DNA of 64,000 bases from an uncultured delta proteobacterium. GTDB lineage: Bacteria > Desulfobacterota > Syntrophia > Syntrophales > UBA2185. Of the stretch, positions 47,895 through 58,761 are shown one piece after another. The stretch is taken from NCBI GenBank assembly GCA_963729715.1, contig CAVSPA010000007.1, positions 416,001-480,000 on the forward strand, given 5' to 3'. The notes under the pieces were generated by a model. That model was given only the letters and a program-made list of their open reading frames with translations. It did no database searches and was not told the origin of the DNA. Made by a program: the position numbers and the translations under genes. Every line of letters begins with the position of its first letter. Position 1 is the first letter of the stretch.

Positions 47895-48446
47895 ATGAAA
47901 AGAGGATTAATCTTAATCGACATCCAGAATGATTACTTTCCCGGCGGGAACATGGAACTTGTCGGAATGGAGCAGGCGGCCCAGAATGCAGAATCCTTGC
48001 TGAAAGAGTGGAGGAAAAGGGAATTTCCTGTCTTTCATATCCAACACCTTTCCAAGCGCCCGGGAGCGACATTCTTTCTGCCCGACACAAAGGGCGCTGA
48101 GATTCACAAATCCGTAGCTCCTCAGCCAGGTGAAGCGATCATTGAAAAATACTTTCCCAATGCATTCAGAGGCACTGATCTACTTAATATCCTCAAGAGA
48201 TCAGAGGTGGATGAGGCGGCAATTTGCGGAGCCATGACTCACATGTGCGTTGACGCGACGACGCGCGCGGCATTTGATTTCGGATTCAGGTGCACGGTAA
48301 TTGAAGATGCGTGTGCCACCCGTAATCTCGAATATAAAGGCACAATAGTAGAGGCAGCCAAAGTTCAGGCAGCATTCATGGCTGCATTGGCTGTCCCTTA
48401 TGCAAGAGTCATATCCACGAAAGACCTTATCGATAAATTGGCATGA
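47895..48446 (+). CDS. Cysteine hydrolase (isochorismatase family)
   Basis: LIDIQNDYFPGG, KYFPNAF, GAMTHMCVDAT. Confidence 0.93.
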   Translation: MKRGLILIDIQNDYFPGGNMELVGMEQAAQNAESLLKEWRKREFPVFHIQHLSKRPGATFFLPDTKGAEIHKSVAPQPGEAIIEKYFPNAFRGTDLLNILKRSEVDEAAICGAMTHMCVDATTRAAFDFGFRCTVIEDACATRNLEYKGTIVEAAKVQAAFMAALAVPYARVISTKDLIDKLA

Positions 48447-48463
48447 TATAAGAGTGCTGACTT

Positions 48464-48715
48464 ATGAACCGGGCATACCATATTTTGGTTCTCTCGGCAG
48501 TCGTCGCAAGTATTATCATCGTTCCTGCTGTCTCTTGGCATTCAGTGGCAGAGATCCATTATTTAAAGTCCTTCTATCCACAGCAATTCAGCGTGCAGGA
48601 AGCATTCTGGGCCAGTGCGGTGGAGCTCATCAAAGTCTTAGTCGTTAGCATTCCGTTCTTCTTCATCATTGTCACGGGGTGCTGTTTACTTCATTATTGG
48701 AAACACAAATCTTAA
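48464..48715 (+). CDS. Small hypothetical membrane protein
   Basis: 83 aa with two hydrophobic segments. Confidence 0.55.
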   Translation: MNRAYHILVLSAVVASIIIVPAVSWHSVAEIHYLKSFYPQQFSVQEAFWASAVELIKVLVVSIPFFFIIVTGCCLLHYWKHKS

Positions 48716-48765
48716 CCGGCGTCACTATAAAGCTAAAACCGAAAAGATTAAGCGAACGATTGAGC

Positions 48766-49416
48766 ATGAAAGAAATATTGGATGCTCAGGGGCGCCAGTG
48801 ACAGGAGACGTTTGTCCGAAATCCCGACATGTTTGGCGCTCTGCCAAGCGATCCTGCCAGGATGGCCGCGGAGATGTTTAAGGAGGAATGGAGGACCGCG
48901 ATTCTTGAACTGGGCAGCGGACAGGGGAGGGACACAATCTTCTTTGCCAGGAATGGCCTCCGCGTGACGGTGCTTGATTACTCCGCGAGCGCCGTCATGA
49001 CGATTACGGAGAAGGCGCGTAAACTTGGTTTAGACGGTTATGTCGCAGCGATTCAGCACGATGTGCGCGTCGCCCTGCCGTTTGAGGATGAATCCATGGA
49101 TGGCTGCTACTCACACATGTTGTATTGCATGGCGCTGACAAGTCCTGAGCTTCAGTTTCTTTCCCAGGAGGTGAGAAGGGTTCTCCGCCCTGAAGGACTT
49201 CACGTTTACACAGTGAGACACACGAAAGACCCCCACTTTGGAAAAGGGATTCACCGGGGCAAGGATATGTATGAAGTCGACGGCTTCGTCGTCCATTTCT
49301 TCAGCCGGGAGAATGTGGAGAGCCTTGCAGAAGGCTTTGAGATAGTGAGTATAGATGAATTCGAAGAGGGAGAACTTCCGCGGAAACTGTTTCTCGTGAC
49401 ACTCAGAAAGAATTAG
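48766..49416 (+). pseudogene. Class I SAM-dependent methyltransferase; N-terminus interrupted by TGA at 48799 (restart at ATG 48829 possible)
   Basis: MKEILDAQGRQ*QETFVRNPDMFG is in frame with LELGSGQGRD...YSHML...VLRPEG. Confidence 0.7.
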
Positions 49417-49477
49417 ATATGCATGCAAATCCGAACGGGAACGCTGGTTATCTAAAATTTCCCGGCACGGCGCACAG

Positions 49478-49711
49478 GTGAAGAATATGAATCTCAAATT
49501 GATATTGGTCCTTATTCTCGCGAGCCTCGCCGTTATCTTCATAATCCAAAATGCCACAGTAGTTGATGTCAGGTTTCTATTCTGGAATGTCTCCATGTCC
49601 CGTGCCCTGCTGATATTTTTTCTCTTGATTATCGGCATTGCCCTTGGGTGGTTCTTACATAGCTATTTGTCCTACCGGAAACCGAAGGATGAATCAGGCG
49701 GAGATGTCTGA
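49478..49711 (+). CDS. LapA-like small membrane protein
   Basis: IFIIQN..VVDVRFLFW pattern; two TM segments. Confidence 0.8.
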   Translation: MKNMNLKLILVLILASLAVIFIIQNATVVDVRFLFWNVSMSRALLIFFLLIIGIALGWFLHSYLSYRKPKDESGGDV

Positions 49712-49850
49712 GTCTCAACTTTCACAAACGGCATATTTTCTCATTTTATCTTCTTGATTTTTATGGTAGTTAAAGCAGCAAAGTGTTTTGTCTTTTTCTG
49801 AAACTGCTCAGATACGTTCCATTAATTAATTACAATAAGGAGTCTCGCCA

Positions 49851-51989
49851 ATGAAAGGAACGAAAATAAATCTCCATGACCGTCTTCGCGCCCTGGCTCA
49901 GAATCTCTGGTGGACATGGCATCCGGAGGTTATCAGCCTCTTCACCGACCTGGACCCACATCTTTGGCGGCAGGTTGACCATAACCCGATAGCATTTCTC
50001 AATCAGATCACACCGGAGGAAATTGAGGAGAGGGCCTCTGAGCTGGTGCTTCACAGCCGGATAAACTACGCCTTCCGGCGTTTGAATGAATATATCGAAA
50101 AGGATAAGACATGGGGAATGACGCACTGTGGAAATTTGAACCGTAGGCCGGTTGCGTATTTCTCCGCAGAGTTCGGGATGCATGAATCGCTGCCAATTTA
50201 CTCCGGCGGCTTAGGCATCCTTTCAGGTGACCACCTGAAAAGCGCCTCCGACCTGGGAGTCCCTTTAATTGGAATCGGGCTCCTTTACCAGCAGGGTTAT
50301 TTCAATCAGAGTCTGAATAAAGATGGCTGGCAGCAAGAAAACTACGTGAACCTCAATACAAGCAATTTGCCGCTGCAACCTCTCCTGGCTGCGAATGGAG
50401 AGCCACTGCTCATACGCATTGACACCCGGAGCGGCCTCCTCAGTGCACGTGTCTGGCTGGCACAGGTAGGCAGGATTCGTCTGCTGCTCCTCGATTCGAA
50501 TGTCGAGTGCAATACAGCCCAGGACTGCGAACTGACATCACGCCTCTACGGCGGCGACGACAGACTGCGTATTCGACAGGAGCTCTTGCTGGGAATTGGT
50601 GGTGCGCGCGTCCTGCAAGCTTTGAATATTATCCCCGGGGTGCTGCACTTAAATGAGGGACACAGCGCCTTTGCCATCCTCGAAGAGGCCCGCTGGGTTA
50701 TGGAGTATGACCAGATTCCATTTCACCGCGCTCTCCGGCGCGTAACTCTGCGCACGGTTTTTACCACGCATACCCCCGTAGCCGCAGGCCATGACCGATT
50801 CCACCCGGATCTCGTAGAAGACAGTCTCGGCATCTTCAGAGAAAGCCTGGGACTTTCGCATGACGATTTTATGGCCTTAGGGCGCATCAATCCGTATGAC
50901 AGGTCGGAGCCGTTTTGCATGACGGTCCTCGCTCTAAAATCTTCCTCCTGGGCGAACGGCGTCTCCGCTATCCATGGGACTGTGAGCCGTCTGATGTGGC
51001 ACCCCCTCTGGCCGCAGCGTCCCGAGGCTGAAGTGCCTATTGGCCACATTACCAACGGGGTGCATGTATTATCATGGCTGGCGCCCCCGATGTACCAGTT
51101 ATTTGAGACGCGCCTTGGCCAAGACTGGCCCACGCGCATGGTGCACCCGGACATCTGGGAAAAAATAACCGAGATTGACGACGGGGAGATGTGGGAGACG
51201 CACCAGAGTCTGAAGATGCGCCTCATCCGCTTCGTCCGTAGGCGCCTGCAATCGCAGGCTGAGCGACTGGGTCATCGGGATACATTGAAACAGATCGATC
51301 AGTTTCTTGATCCGGATGTGCTGACGATCGGTTGCGCCCGTAGGTTTGCGACCTATAAGCGAGGAGACCTGATATTATCCCAGGCAGAGCGTTTGGCCAA
51401 ACTGGTTGAAGATACCAAGAGGCCGATCCAGATCATTTTTGCGGGGAAGGCCCACCCGCGCGATGACGAAGGCAAGCGGCTATTACAGAGAATTGCCCAG
51501 TACAGTTATAGCTCGGCCAGCAGGAACAGGGTCGTCTTTGTGGAAAACTATGATTACAACTTAGCACGCCACCTCGTCCAAGGGGTTGATGTGTGGCTCA
51601 ACAATCCGCGGCGGCCTTTGGAAGCGTGCGGCACCAGCGGTCAGAAGGTGGTCCTAAACGGGGGACTGAACCTTTCCGTCCTCGATGGATGGTGGAATGA
51701 GGCATATGACGGCAGGAATGGTTTTGCCATCGGTTATGGCGGCATGCATAATGACCCGAATGTACAGTACCAAAGAGATGCAGACTATCTTTATGAGACA
51801 TTAGAGAATGAGGTTATTCCGCTCTATTACGAAAGGGACGCAAGCGGGATCCCGCATCTCTGGGTGCAGAGAATGAAGCATGCGATGCAAAGCATCGGTT
51901 GGCGTTTTAGCGCAGACCGCATGGTCATAGACTATGTCCAACGGTTCTATCTGCCTGCAGCAAGCGCTGTCTCGACAATAGCCGGGTAA
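49851..51989 (+). CDS. glgP: Alpha-glucan (glycogen) phosphorylase
   Basis: YFSAEFG, YSGGLGILSGDHLK, HLNEGH, FTTHTP, ARRFATYKR, EACGTSGQK, LDGWW. Confidence 0.95.
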   Translation: MKGTKINLHDRLRALAQNLWWTWHPEVISLFTDLDPHLWRQVDHNPIAFLNQITPEEIEERASELVLHSRINYAFRRLNEYIEKDKTWGMTHCGNLNRRPVAYFSAEFGMHESLPIYSGGLGILSGDHLKSASDLGVPLIGIGLLYQQGYFNQSLNKDGWQQENYVNLNTSNLPLQPLLAANGEPLLIRIDTRSGLLSARVWLAQVGRIRLLLLDSNVECNTAQDCELTSRLYGGDDRLRIRQELLLGIGGARVLQALNIIPGVLHLNEGHSAFAILEEARWVMEYDQIPFHRALRRVTLRTVFTTHTPVAAGHDRFHPDLVEDSLGIFRESLGLSHDDFMALGRINPYDRSEPFCMTVLALKSSSWANGVSAIHGTVSRLMWHPLWPQRPEAEVPIGHITNGVHVLSWLAPPMYQLFETRLGQDWPTRMVHPDIWEKITEIDDGEMWETHQSLKMRLIRFVRRRLQSQAERLGHRDTLKQIDQFLDPDVLTIGCARRFATYKRGDLILSQAERLAKLVEDTKRPIQIIFAGKAHPRDDEGKRLLQRIAQYSYSSASRNRVVFVENYDYNLARHLVQGVDVWLNNPRRPLEACGTSGQKVVLNGGLNLSVLDGWWNEAYDGRNGFAIGYGGMHNDPNVQYQRDADYLYETLENEVIPLYYERDASGIPHLWVQRMKHAMQSIGWRFSADRMVIDYVQRFYLPAASAVSTIAG

Positions 51990-52032
51990 TGTGATTGCAC
52001 GACCCTCGGTCACAGTTAGTAAAAAACAGAAC

Positions 52033-52686
52033 ATGGATACGTTCATCGCGCAGTACTGGCGGGAGAGGCTGAATAATTGCAGAGAGTCTCTCCAAGAAAA
52101 CGCATTTGAAGCATTTGTTGCCGAAGATAGAGTTCAGGCAAGAAAAATAGTGCTTGAAGAAATCTTCCCTAAGACCTGCGCAAAAAGCGCATCTTGGGGA
52201 GATTCAATGACTCTCCACGCGACGGGAATTCTAAACGCGTTACTGACCTATCCCGACCTTTCCATCGTGAAGACCTTTGAAGGCGGCGTTCCCCGCGCGG
52301 AAATCATCGAACGTAGGCGCCAGGCCTTGCTCGTCGATTTCTTTATCACCGGCACTAACGCCGTAACCGAATGCGGTAAGCTTGTAAACCTGGACATGGT
52401 GGGAAACCGGGTCGCGGCGATAGCTTTCGGTCCGAAAACCGTGGTCATACTCGTCGGGCGAAATAAAATAATCCCCGACATTACCGGCGCGATGTCGCGC
52501 ATCAGCGACTATGCGGCACCCATCAATGCAATACGCCACGAATTCAAAACTCCGTGCGTTGCAACCTCCCGATGCGCAGACTGCAAAAGCCCCCAAAGAC
52601 TCTGCAACACGTGGACGATCACCGAAAGGTCTTTTCCGAGAGGGCGGATCAAGGTCGTCCTCATCAACGAAGAACTCGGTCTTTAG
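52033..52686 (+). CDS. LUD-domain (lactate utilization LutC/YkgG-like) protein
   Basis: GDSMTL, GTNAVTE.G.LVNLD..GNRVA, VGRNKI, C-terminal Cys cluster. Confidence 0.88.
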   Translation: MDTFIAQYWRERLNNCRESLQENAFEAFVAEDRVQARKIVLEEIFPKTCAKSASWGDSMTLHATGILNALLTYPDLSIVKTFEGGVPRAEIIERRRQALLVDFFITGTNAVTECGKLVNLDMVGNRVAAIAFGPKTVVILVGRNKIIPDITGAMSRISDYAAPINAIRHEFKTPCVATSRCADCKSPQRLCNTWTITERSFPRGRIKVVLINEELGL

Positions 52687-52693
52687 AAATCAC

Positions 52694-53065
52694 ATGGCAA
52701 CTAAGGCAAAGAAACGGAACATCGTGCCTACCTCCTACGAACGGATACACGTTGAATGCTACAGCGGCCATAAGGCCAACGAGAGGCCCGTTGCCTTTAT
52801 CTATGAAGGACGCCGCAGAGAAGTGGAAGAAATCGTTGACCGCTGGTATGAAGGAGGTGTCGATCCGGGCTGGACGGCGATATTTTTATACTCCGGTATC
52901 TTTCCCTGTTCGACGCCTGGTCCATCCGCACCTAACGCTCGCCGGCCTTACAGGCACCCCAAGTCGAAAACGCTTTCATTTTTTTCTTTTACTTTCACTA
53001 TTCGTTTGCTATTTTGTGGGATAAAGACAAGAAATACTATGCGGACAAATGAGAAAGAAACATGA
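52694..53065 (+). pseudogene. Small conserved-hypothetical gene fragment; C-terminus apparently replaced by non-coding sequence
   Basis: VECYSGHKANERPVAF...VEEIVDRWYEGG followed by non-protein-like sequence. Confidence 0.5.
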
Positions 53066-53517
53066 AACAAGTCTATCCAGCGAAGCGGGACGGCTGGATC
53101 GTCATCCTGCTATGGGTGGGGGTGGCAGTCATCCTTTTCGCTGCCGGTAATCTCTGGAGGGTGCCGGCGCCATTCGCGTTTCGCCTGCTGATCTCCGTTC
53201 TCTTGATTCTTGTTGCCGCCTTCATACTGTGGACGCTCTATGGAACGCGTTACACGCTCACGGAAAGGACCCTCATTATTCGGTCGGGTCCATTGCGCTG
53301 GGTCATTGACATGGAGGCAATCACGGAGGGTTTCCCCACACGCAACCCGCTTTCAAGCCCTGCATGTTCGCTCGACCGGCTTCACATCCGCTATGGCAAG
53401 AGCCGTCTTTGAATGGTGATATCGCCGAAAGACAAGGCGGGATTTCTTCGAGACCTCGTTGCGCGGTCTCCCGGTCGTAAGTTGAATGAAAACCGGCTCT
53501 TGCGTGACAAACCATAA
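53062..53517 (+). pseudogene. Bacterial PH-domain membrane protein interrupted by TGA at 53410
   Basis: Two TM segments, TRY.L...L.IRSG, SPACSLDRL; the frame continues after the stop as MVISPKDKAGFLRDL... Confidence 0.75.
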
Positions 53518-53581
53518 ATGGCCGTAGTATTGCCGCGGGCGAAATCTAAATCGCGACCATAATAAAGGGAGGAACCGGATA

Positions 53582-54712
53582 TTGTCTCGCCATTCCGATA
53601 TGCAGGTACACAAAATCAAGGCCGCCGTACTGCGCAAGAGGGGCGGCCCCTTGAAGATAGAGTCACTCGATATGGAAGGTCCACGGGATGACGAGGTGCT
53701 CGTGCGCATCGTCGCCTCCGGTATCTGCCACACCGACATAGGCTTCTGCGACTACTGGGACAAGGCGGACGGACCTCTCGTGCTGGGTCATGAAGGGGCA
53801 GGCGTGGTGGAGCAGGTGGGTAACATGGTGAAGAGCATCAGGAGGGGCGATCATGTTGTGCTCTCCTACCAGTCCTGCGGTCGCTGCGGCCAGTGCAGGA
53901 GCGGTCACCCCACGGATTGTGAGCGCTTCTACGAGGCCAACTTCGGCTTCGCACGTCTCGACGGCAGCAATGCCTTCTATCGCAGCGGAGTCCGGGGGCA
54001 CTTCTTCGGTCAGTCTTCGTTCGCCACGTATGCGCTTGCGACCGAGCGCAACATTGTCAAGGTCTCCAAAAGATTAAATCTCGAGATCCTGTCTCCGCTC
54101 GGCTGTGGTCTACAGACGGGAGCCGGCACGGTGATGAACTCCCTCAAGGTGGCGAAAGGAGCAAGCATCGCCGTCTTCGGTACAGGTGCGGTTGGCCTGT
54201 CGGCGATGATGGCGGCTCGCATCGTCGGGGCTAACCCCATCATAGGCGTCGATATTATCCCGAAGAGGCTCAAACTCGCACTAACGCTGGGAGCAACCCA
54301 CGTGATCAACAATCGTCGTAATAAAATCGCTTCTCTCATCGCCGATATAAGCGGGAGCGGCGTCGACTACGTGGTGGAAACAACCGCCAGCCAAGAAATG
54401 CACAGGCTTGCCGTAGACGTGTTGAATCCCCATGGCACCGTAGCGCTCCTCAGCGGCGAGAGTGGCACTACCCTGCCGGGAGGGCGGAGAACTATCGGCA
54501 TAATACAGGGCGATGCCGTGCCGCAAATCTTCATCCCCAAGCTGATCGCGCTCTACAAGGCAGGACGGTTTCCCTTTGACCGCCTCGTGAGGTTCTATGA
54601 CTTCAGCAAGATAAATGCCGCCATAGCCGATGCGAAATCAGGCGACACCATCAAGCCGATACTGCGCATCAGCAAGGAGAAAGCCCGTCAAAGTAAGGGA
54701 GTCGCTAATTAG
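53582..54712 (+). CDS. Zinc-dependent aryl-alcohol-type dehydrogenase
   Basis: GICHTD, LGHEGAG, CGRCGQC, HFFGQSSFA, PLGCGLQTGAG, GRFPFDRL. Confidence 0.93.
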   Translation: MSRHSDMQVHKIKAAVLRKRGGPLKIESLDMEGPRDDEVLVRIVASGICHTDIGFCDYWDKADGPLVLGHEGAGVVEQVGNMVKSIRRGDHVVLSYQSCGRCGQCRSGHPTDCERFYEANFGFARLDGSNAFYRSGVRGHFFGQSSFATYALATERNIVKVSKRLNLEILSPLGCGLQTGAGTVMNSLKVAKGASIAVFGTGAVGLSAMMAARIVGANPIIGVDIIPKRLKLALTLGATHVINNRRNKIASLIADISGSGVDYVVETTASQEMHRLAVDVLNPHGTVALLSGESGTTLPGGRRTIGIIQGDAVPQIFIPKLIALYKAGRFPFDRLVRFYDFSKINAAIADAKSGDTIKPILRISKEKARQSKGVAN

Positions 54713-54713
54713 T

Positions 54714-54923
54714 ATGAAGCTATTCTTTGAGGCAGCTCTTGAAAGAGGCACTGTAGCCGCGTCGGCAAAGGTAGCTCTCTTCGTCGGATCAATCCTCGCG
54801 CTGATCAATTATGGTGACCGCATCGTCCTCTATGGGGACATGCGCGCACTGGACTGGTTCAAACTCGCAGTTACATATTGCGTCCCATATTGCGACGCGG
54901 CATGCGAGGGACAAGAGAAATAA
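54714..54923 (+). pseudogene. NrtS-like small membrane protein, apparently 3'-truncated
   Basis: VALFVGSILALINYGD...KLAVTYCVPYC, then an abrupt end. Confidence 0.6.
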
Positions 54924-54947
54924 CGCACCAAGAGATTCGGGTTCTTC

Positions 54948-55745
54948 TTAGCGGTTGAGAAAAAGAAGGGGGGGGAATAACCCGCCCAGTTTCGCCCTTT
55001 TCTCCGCATCGCCTTCGTAAAAAACATGCTCGAGAAAAAGGCCGGAAGGGGGAGCCGTGCACTTTGCCGGCAGGTCGGATGTCTGTTCGAGCATAGCCTC
55101 AACATCTTGCGGAGTCAGGTTTCCTCTCCCCACTTCCACCAGAATCCCTGCCATTCTCCGTACCATTTTCCAGAGGAAGTGGGAACCTACAAATCGTAGG
55201 ATGATCAAGTCATCCACCTCTTTTACCTCTACTGTGTCAAGTTTCACCTTCGTCGATGCGTCCTTATCCATCCTCTTGTCAGCAAAAGACACGAAGTCAT
55301 GGAAGCCCTGAAAGATACGACCGGCGGTCTGCATTTTTTTGACATCCAGCCTGTCTCGAACCCACCATACATACCTTTTCCCGAAGGCAGTGCGCTGTTT
55401 CGAAATTATATAGATATAGCTTCTGCCTACGGCATAATGGCGGGCGTGAAAGCTGACGGGGACTTCTTCAACATCGAGGATATTGATATTGGAAGGAAGC
55501 AGATCATTCAAGCCTTCCCGTATCTTTCGCACGGGCATTGTCTTTGTTGTTCCCACATGGGCAACCTGGGCAAGGGCATGCACTCCCGCATCAGTGCGGC
55601 CTGCACCCTGAATTTCGACCTCTTCTCCGAATAGTTTTCCTGCCGCATGCATCAGCGTTTCCTGAACGCTCCTGGCATTCTTCTGCGACTGCCAGCCTCT
55701 GTAGCTGGTTCCGTCGTATTCGAGGGTGATTTTATACTTATGCAT
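54948..55745 (-). CDS. truA: tRNA pseudouridine(38-40) synthase
   Basis: YDGTSYRGWQ, AGRTDAGVHA, FHAR, FLWKMVR, TAPPSGL. Confidence 0.95.
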   Translation of the reverse strand: MHKYKITLEYDGTSYRGWQSQKNARSVQETLMHAAGKLFGEEVEIQGAGRTDAGVHALAQVAHVGTTKTMPVRKIREGLNDLLPSNINILDVEEVPVSFHARHYAVGRSYIYIISKQRTAFGKRYVWWVRDRLDVKKMQTAGRIFQGFHDFVSFADKRMDKDASTKVKLDTVEVKEVDDLIILRFVGSHFLWKMVRRMAGILVEVGRGNLTPQDVEAMLEQTSDLPAKCTAPPSGLFLEHVFYEGDAEKRAKLGGLFPPLLFLNR

Positions 55746-55835
55746 TATAGGGAGAATACCTGTGGTGGCTGCTCGTGTAGCCTTTCATAATTACAAAGCA
55801 TTTCATGGCGGCAAGCAAGGTAATGCGGCAATCTA

Positions 55836-56492
55836 TCAGGCTGCCATCTTTAAAACTTCTTTGATTAACTTCTCAATACCCAGGGCCACCTTAGAGATTG
55901 ATGGACCCAACATATACGCGGGAGTGGTCACGATCTTATTTTTCCGGTCAACCACGACACTGTCCACAGGAGACGCGACATGTTTGCCACCCATCTTCTC
56001 AATAGCCTCCGCAGTATCTTTGTCGCTGCCTATTGTCAGCTGCGGATGGAATGATCCCAGCACCCTTGCTGCAATGACCGGGGCGATACAGATAAATCCG
56101 ATGGGTTTCTTCGCCGAATGCATTTCTTTTACCAGTTTCTGGTCATCCGCATTGACGGTGCAGTCCGCCCCCTTCACGGCAAAGCTGCACAAATTTTTTG
56201 CGGCTCCGAATCCACCGGGGAAAACCAGCGCATCGAGATCGGTAGCCTTCACATCTTTGATGTCCTTGATATCCCCTCTCGCGATGCGGGATGACTCGAT
56301 AAGGGTATTCCTCTTCTCGCCGACAGCTTCACCCTTCATATGGTTTATGACATCCACCTGATCCGCATCAGGGGCCATACAGATTATCTGCTACCCCGCC
56401 TTGTCAAGGTAAAGCAGCGTCAGGGCTGCCTCATGAATTTCGGCGCCATCGTATACCCCGCAGCCAGATAGCACTATCCCTACTCTCGCCAT
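55836..56492 (-). pseudogene. elbB: Glyoxalase ElbB (DJ-1/PfpI family) with an in-frame TAG at 56391-56393
   Basis: [40 protein letters not shown], then ESSRIARG, PGGFGAAKNL, ICIAP, TPAYM. Confidence 0.85.
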
Positions 56493-56590
56493 CTCCTACC
56501 TCCTTATTCTTCTATTAGAGATTAATCCGCGCTTCGCTCGCAGTGACCGGCCGGATATTTTCTGAGGGATTTAGCCCGCCATAAATGTCG

Positions 56591-58750
56591 TTATTTCTTG
56601 GCATCACCGACTGCCTCAAGGATGATCCTGCAGTCGGCAACTGTCGCCCCCTTCCCTTCTCCGTGAACTATGAGCGGGTTTATATCCATTTCCTTGATTT
56701 CCGGATGATTAACGACCATATTCGACAGACTTATGATTGCTTTCTCGATTGCCTCGATGTCAGCCCGCGGCCGACCTCTGAAACCTGTGAGAAGCTTGTA
56801 TCCCTTGATCTCTTGAACCATCCTGTAGGTCTCATTTCTATATATCGGCGCAAGACGAAATACGACATCCTGAAATATCTCGACGAAAACTCCCCCGAGG
56901 CCGAACATAAGCAAAGGCCCTAAAGAGGTGCGGTTGACGCCCAGTATCAGTTCTTCTCCCTGCATGGCCATCTTTTGCACCATAACCCCGTCGATCACGG
57001 CATCAGGCTTAAACTTCTTTGCATTCTCGATGATTTCACGGAAGGCTTTTCTTGCTTCATCTTTATCCCTGATTCCCACGACCACACCTTTTGCATCCGT
57101 TTTGTGGAGAATCTGCGCAGAAGCGATCTTCATGACTACCGGGAAGGCCATGCCTTCTCCGATATCGGCAGCCTCGTCCGCATTTTTCGCAAGACCGGAA
57201 GGCAGAAGGCCGAATCCGTAATACTTCAAGAGCTCGATACTGTCCATTTCGCCAAGCTGTACTTTTCCCTGAGCAAGACATCTGGCAATCGCATCGGCCG
57301 CCTTATCCTTTTCGTAGGTCAGGGCAAACTGCGGAAGGTGTTCCCTGTTCATCCACCGGGAGTATCGGTAAAGTATACCGAACGCCTTCGCTGCGTTTTC
57401 CGGGAACCTGTAAACAGGATAGCCGTTCTCCTGCAGATACTTAACGCCGGGAGAAACATCGACAATGCCCATGAAGCAGCATATGATTGGTTTCCGGGCC
57501 CCTCTCGCAACGCGGACAATGGCCTGGGCAGTGCCGAGGGCATCTGTCATGGATTGGGGGGTCAGGATGACGAGGGCACCATCGACTCCTTTATCTCTTA
57601 TTACCGCTCTTAAGGCATGCTCGTAACGTTCGGAAGGCGCATCCCCGATGATATCAACAGGGTTGTGGATGTTCGCTGTCAAGGGAAGATGGCTTGCCAG
57701 ATCATCGATCGTTGCCTGCTCAAACGTGGCAAGCAAGAGGTCAGACGAAACCGTCACGTCCGTTGCCAGGATACCCGGCCCGCCGGCATTGGTGACAATG
57801 GCGACGTGGTTTCCCTTCGGCAGGATCCTTGCCCGTTTCCCCAGCTTGCTCTCCTGTTTGTAGGCGAAGACATTTGCATAGTCAAAGAGCTCGTCAATGG
57901 AATCCGCACGGATGAGACCTGACTGCTTGAAGATGGCATCGTATACGGCCTCCGTCCCTGCCAGAGCGCCTGTATGAGAAGCCGCTGCCGCCGCGCCTGC
58001 CGTTGTCCTCCCCGACTTTATGGCAAGAACCGGAGTGGGTCTCGCCCCTGAGGTAATCTCCTTTACGGTTGAAATGAATTCTACACCCTTCCTCAGCTCC
58101 TCCACGTACATCATGACAACAGCAGTGTCCGGGTCCTCGTGAAAGAACTGCAAGAGGTCCAGCTCATCCACGTCGGCCTTGTTGCCTATGGAGATGAACT
58201 TTGAAAAACCGATGTCCCTGTCTGCGGCAAAATCGAGAACCGCCGTACACAGCGCTCCACTCTGAGAAATAAAAGATATATTGCCCGGTGAGGGCATGCG
58301 GGCAGAGAAACTGGCGTTCAGGCTGACGGTGGGTATAGGATTGATCACCCCGAGACAGTTGGGCCCGACGAGTCTAACTTTCGCCTCTTTGCACATGGCG
58401 ACGATCCTGTTTTCGATTTCAAGCCCTTCACCGCCGACTTCTCTAAAACCGGCGGAAACGATTACAAACCCTTTTATCCCTTTCTTGACGCCTTCTTCTA
58501 TGGCAGCAAGGGACGCAGTAGGCGGAAGAATGATTATCCCGAGATCTATATTATCGGGTATTTCCGTAACGGAATGGTAGGCCTTGACACTGAGAATCGA
58601 CTTGGCCTTGGGATTAACAGGATACAGAGTGCCCTGGTAGTGGCCGCTCAGGATGTTGGCAAAGATATCATGCCCCACTTTTCCCGGTGTGTTTGATGCT
58701 CCTATGATAGCAACAGATTCCGGCGAGAATATAGCATTTAGCCCGTTCAT
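56591..58750 (-). CDS. ADP-forming acetate/acyl-CoA ligase (fused alpha-beta)
   Basis: PESVAIIGAS, GPNCLG, SQSGAL, SHTGALAG, NAGGPG, NPVD, HKTD, FGLGG, DINPL. Confidence 0.93.
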   Translation of the reverse strand: MNGLNAIFSPESVAIIGASNTPGKVGHDIFANILSGHYQGTLYPVNPKAKSILSVKAYHSVTEIPDNIDLGIIILPPTASLAAIEEGVKKGIKGFVIVSAGFREVGGEGLEIENRIVAMCKEAKVRLVGPNCLGVINPIPTVSLNASFSARMPSPGNISFISQSGALCTAVLDFAADRDIGFSKFISIGNKADVDELDLLQFFHEDPDTAVVMMYVEELRKGVEFISTVKEITSGARPTPVLAIKSGRTTAGAAAAASHTGALAGTEAVYDAIFKQSGLIRADSIDELFDYANVFAYKQESKLGKRARILPKGNHVAIVTNAGGPGILATDVTVSSDLLLATFEQATIDDLASHLPLTANIHNPVDIIGDAPSERYEHALRAVIRDKGVDGALVILTPQSMTDALGTAQAIVRVARGARKPIICCFMGIVDVSPGVKYLQENGYPVYRFPENAAKAFGILYRYSRWMNREHLPQFALTYEKDKAADAIARCLAQGKVQLGEMDSIELLKYYGFGLLPSGLAKNADEAADIGEGMAFPVVMKIASAQILHKTDAKGVVVGIRDKDEARKAFREIIENAKKFKPDAVIDGVMVQKMAMQGEELILGVNRTSLGPLLMFGLGGVFVEIFQDVVFRLAPIYRNETYRMVQEIKGYKLLTGFRGRPRADIEAIEKAIISLSNMVVNHPEIKEMDINPLIVHGEGKGATVADCRIILEAVGDAKK

Positions 58751-58761
58751 ATTATTTCCTC

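Noticed and set aside
47528..53517. TGA=Gly or TGA=Trp alternative-code island, or extra selenoproteins
   Set aside because: The inferred residues are inconsistent (Gly, Trp, Gly) and none is a Cys position. TGA ends neighbouring genes normally, and the region shows other decay.
47300..54923. Integron cassette array
   Set aside because: No integrase and no paired attC R''/R' boxes found, only an isolated ACCTAAC near 52930.
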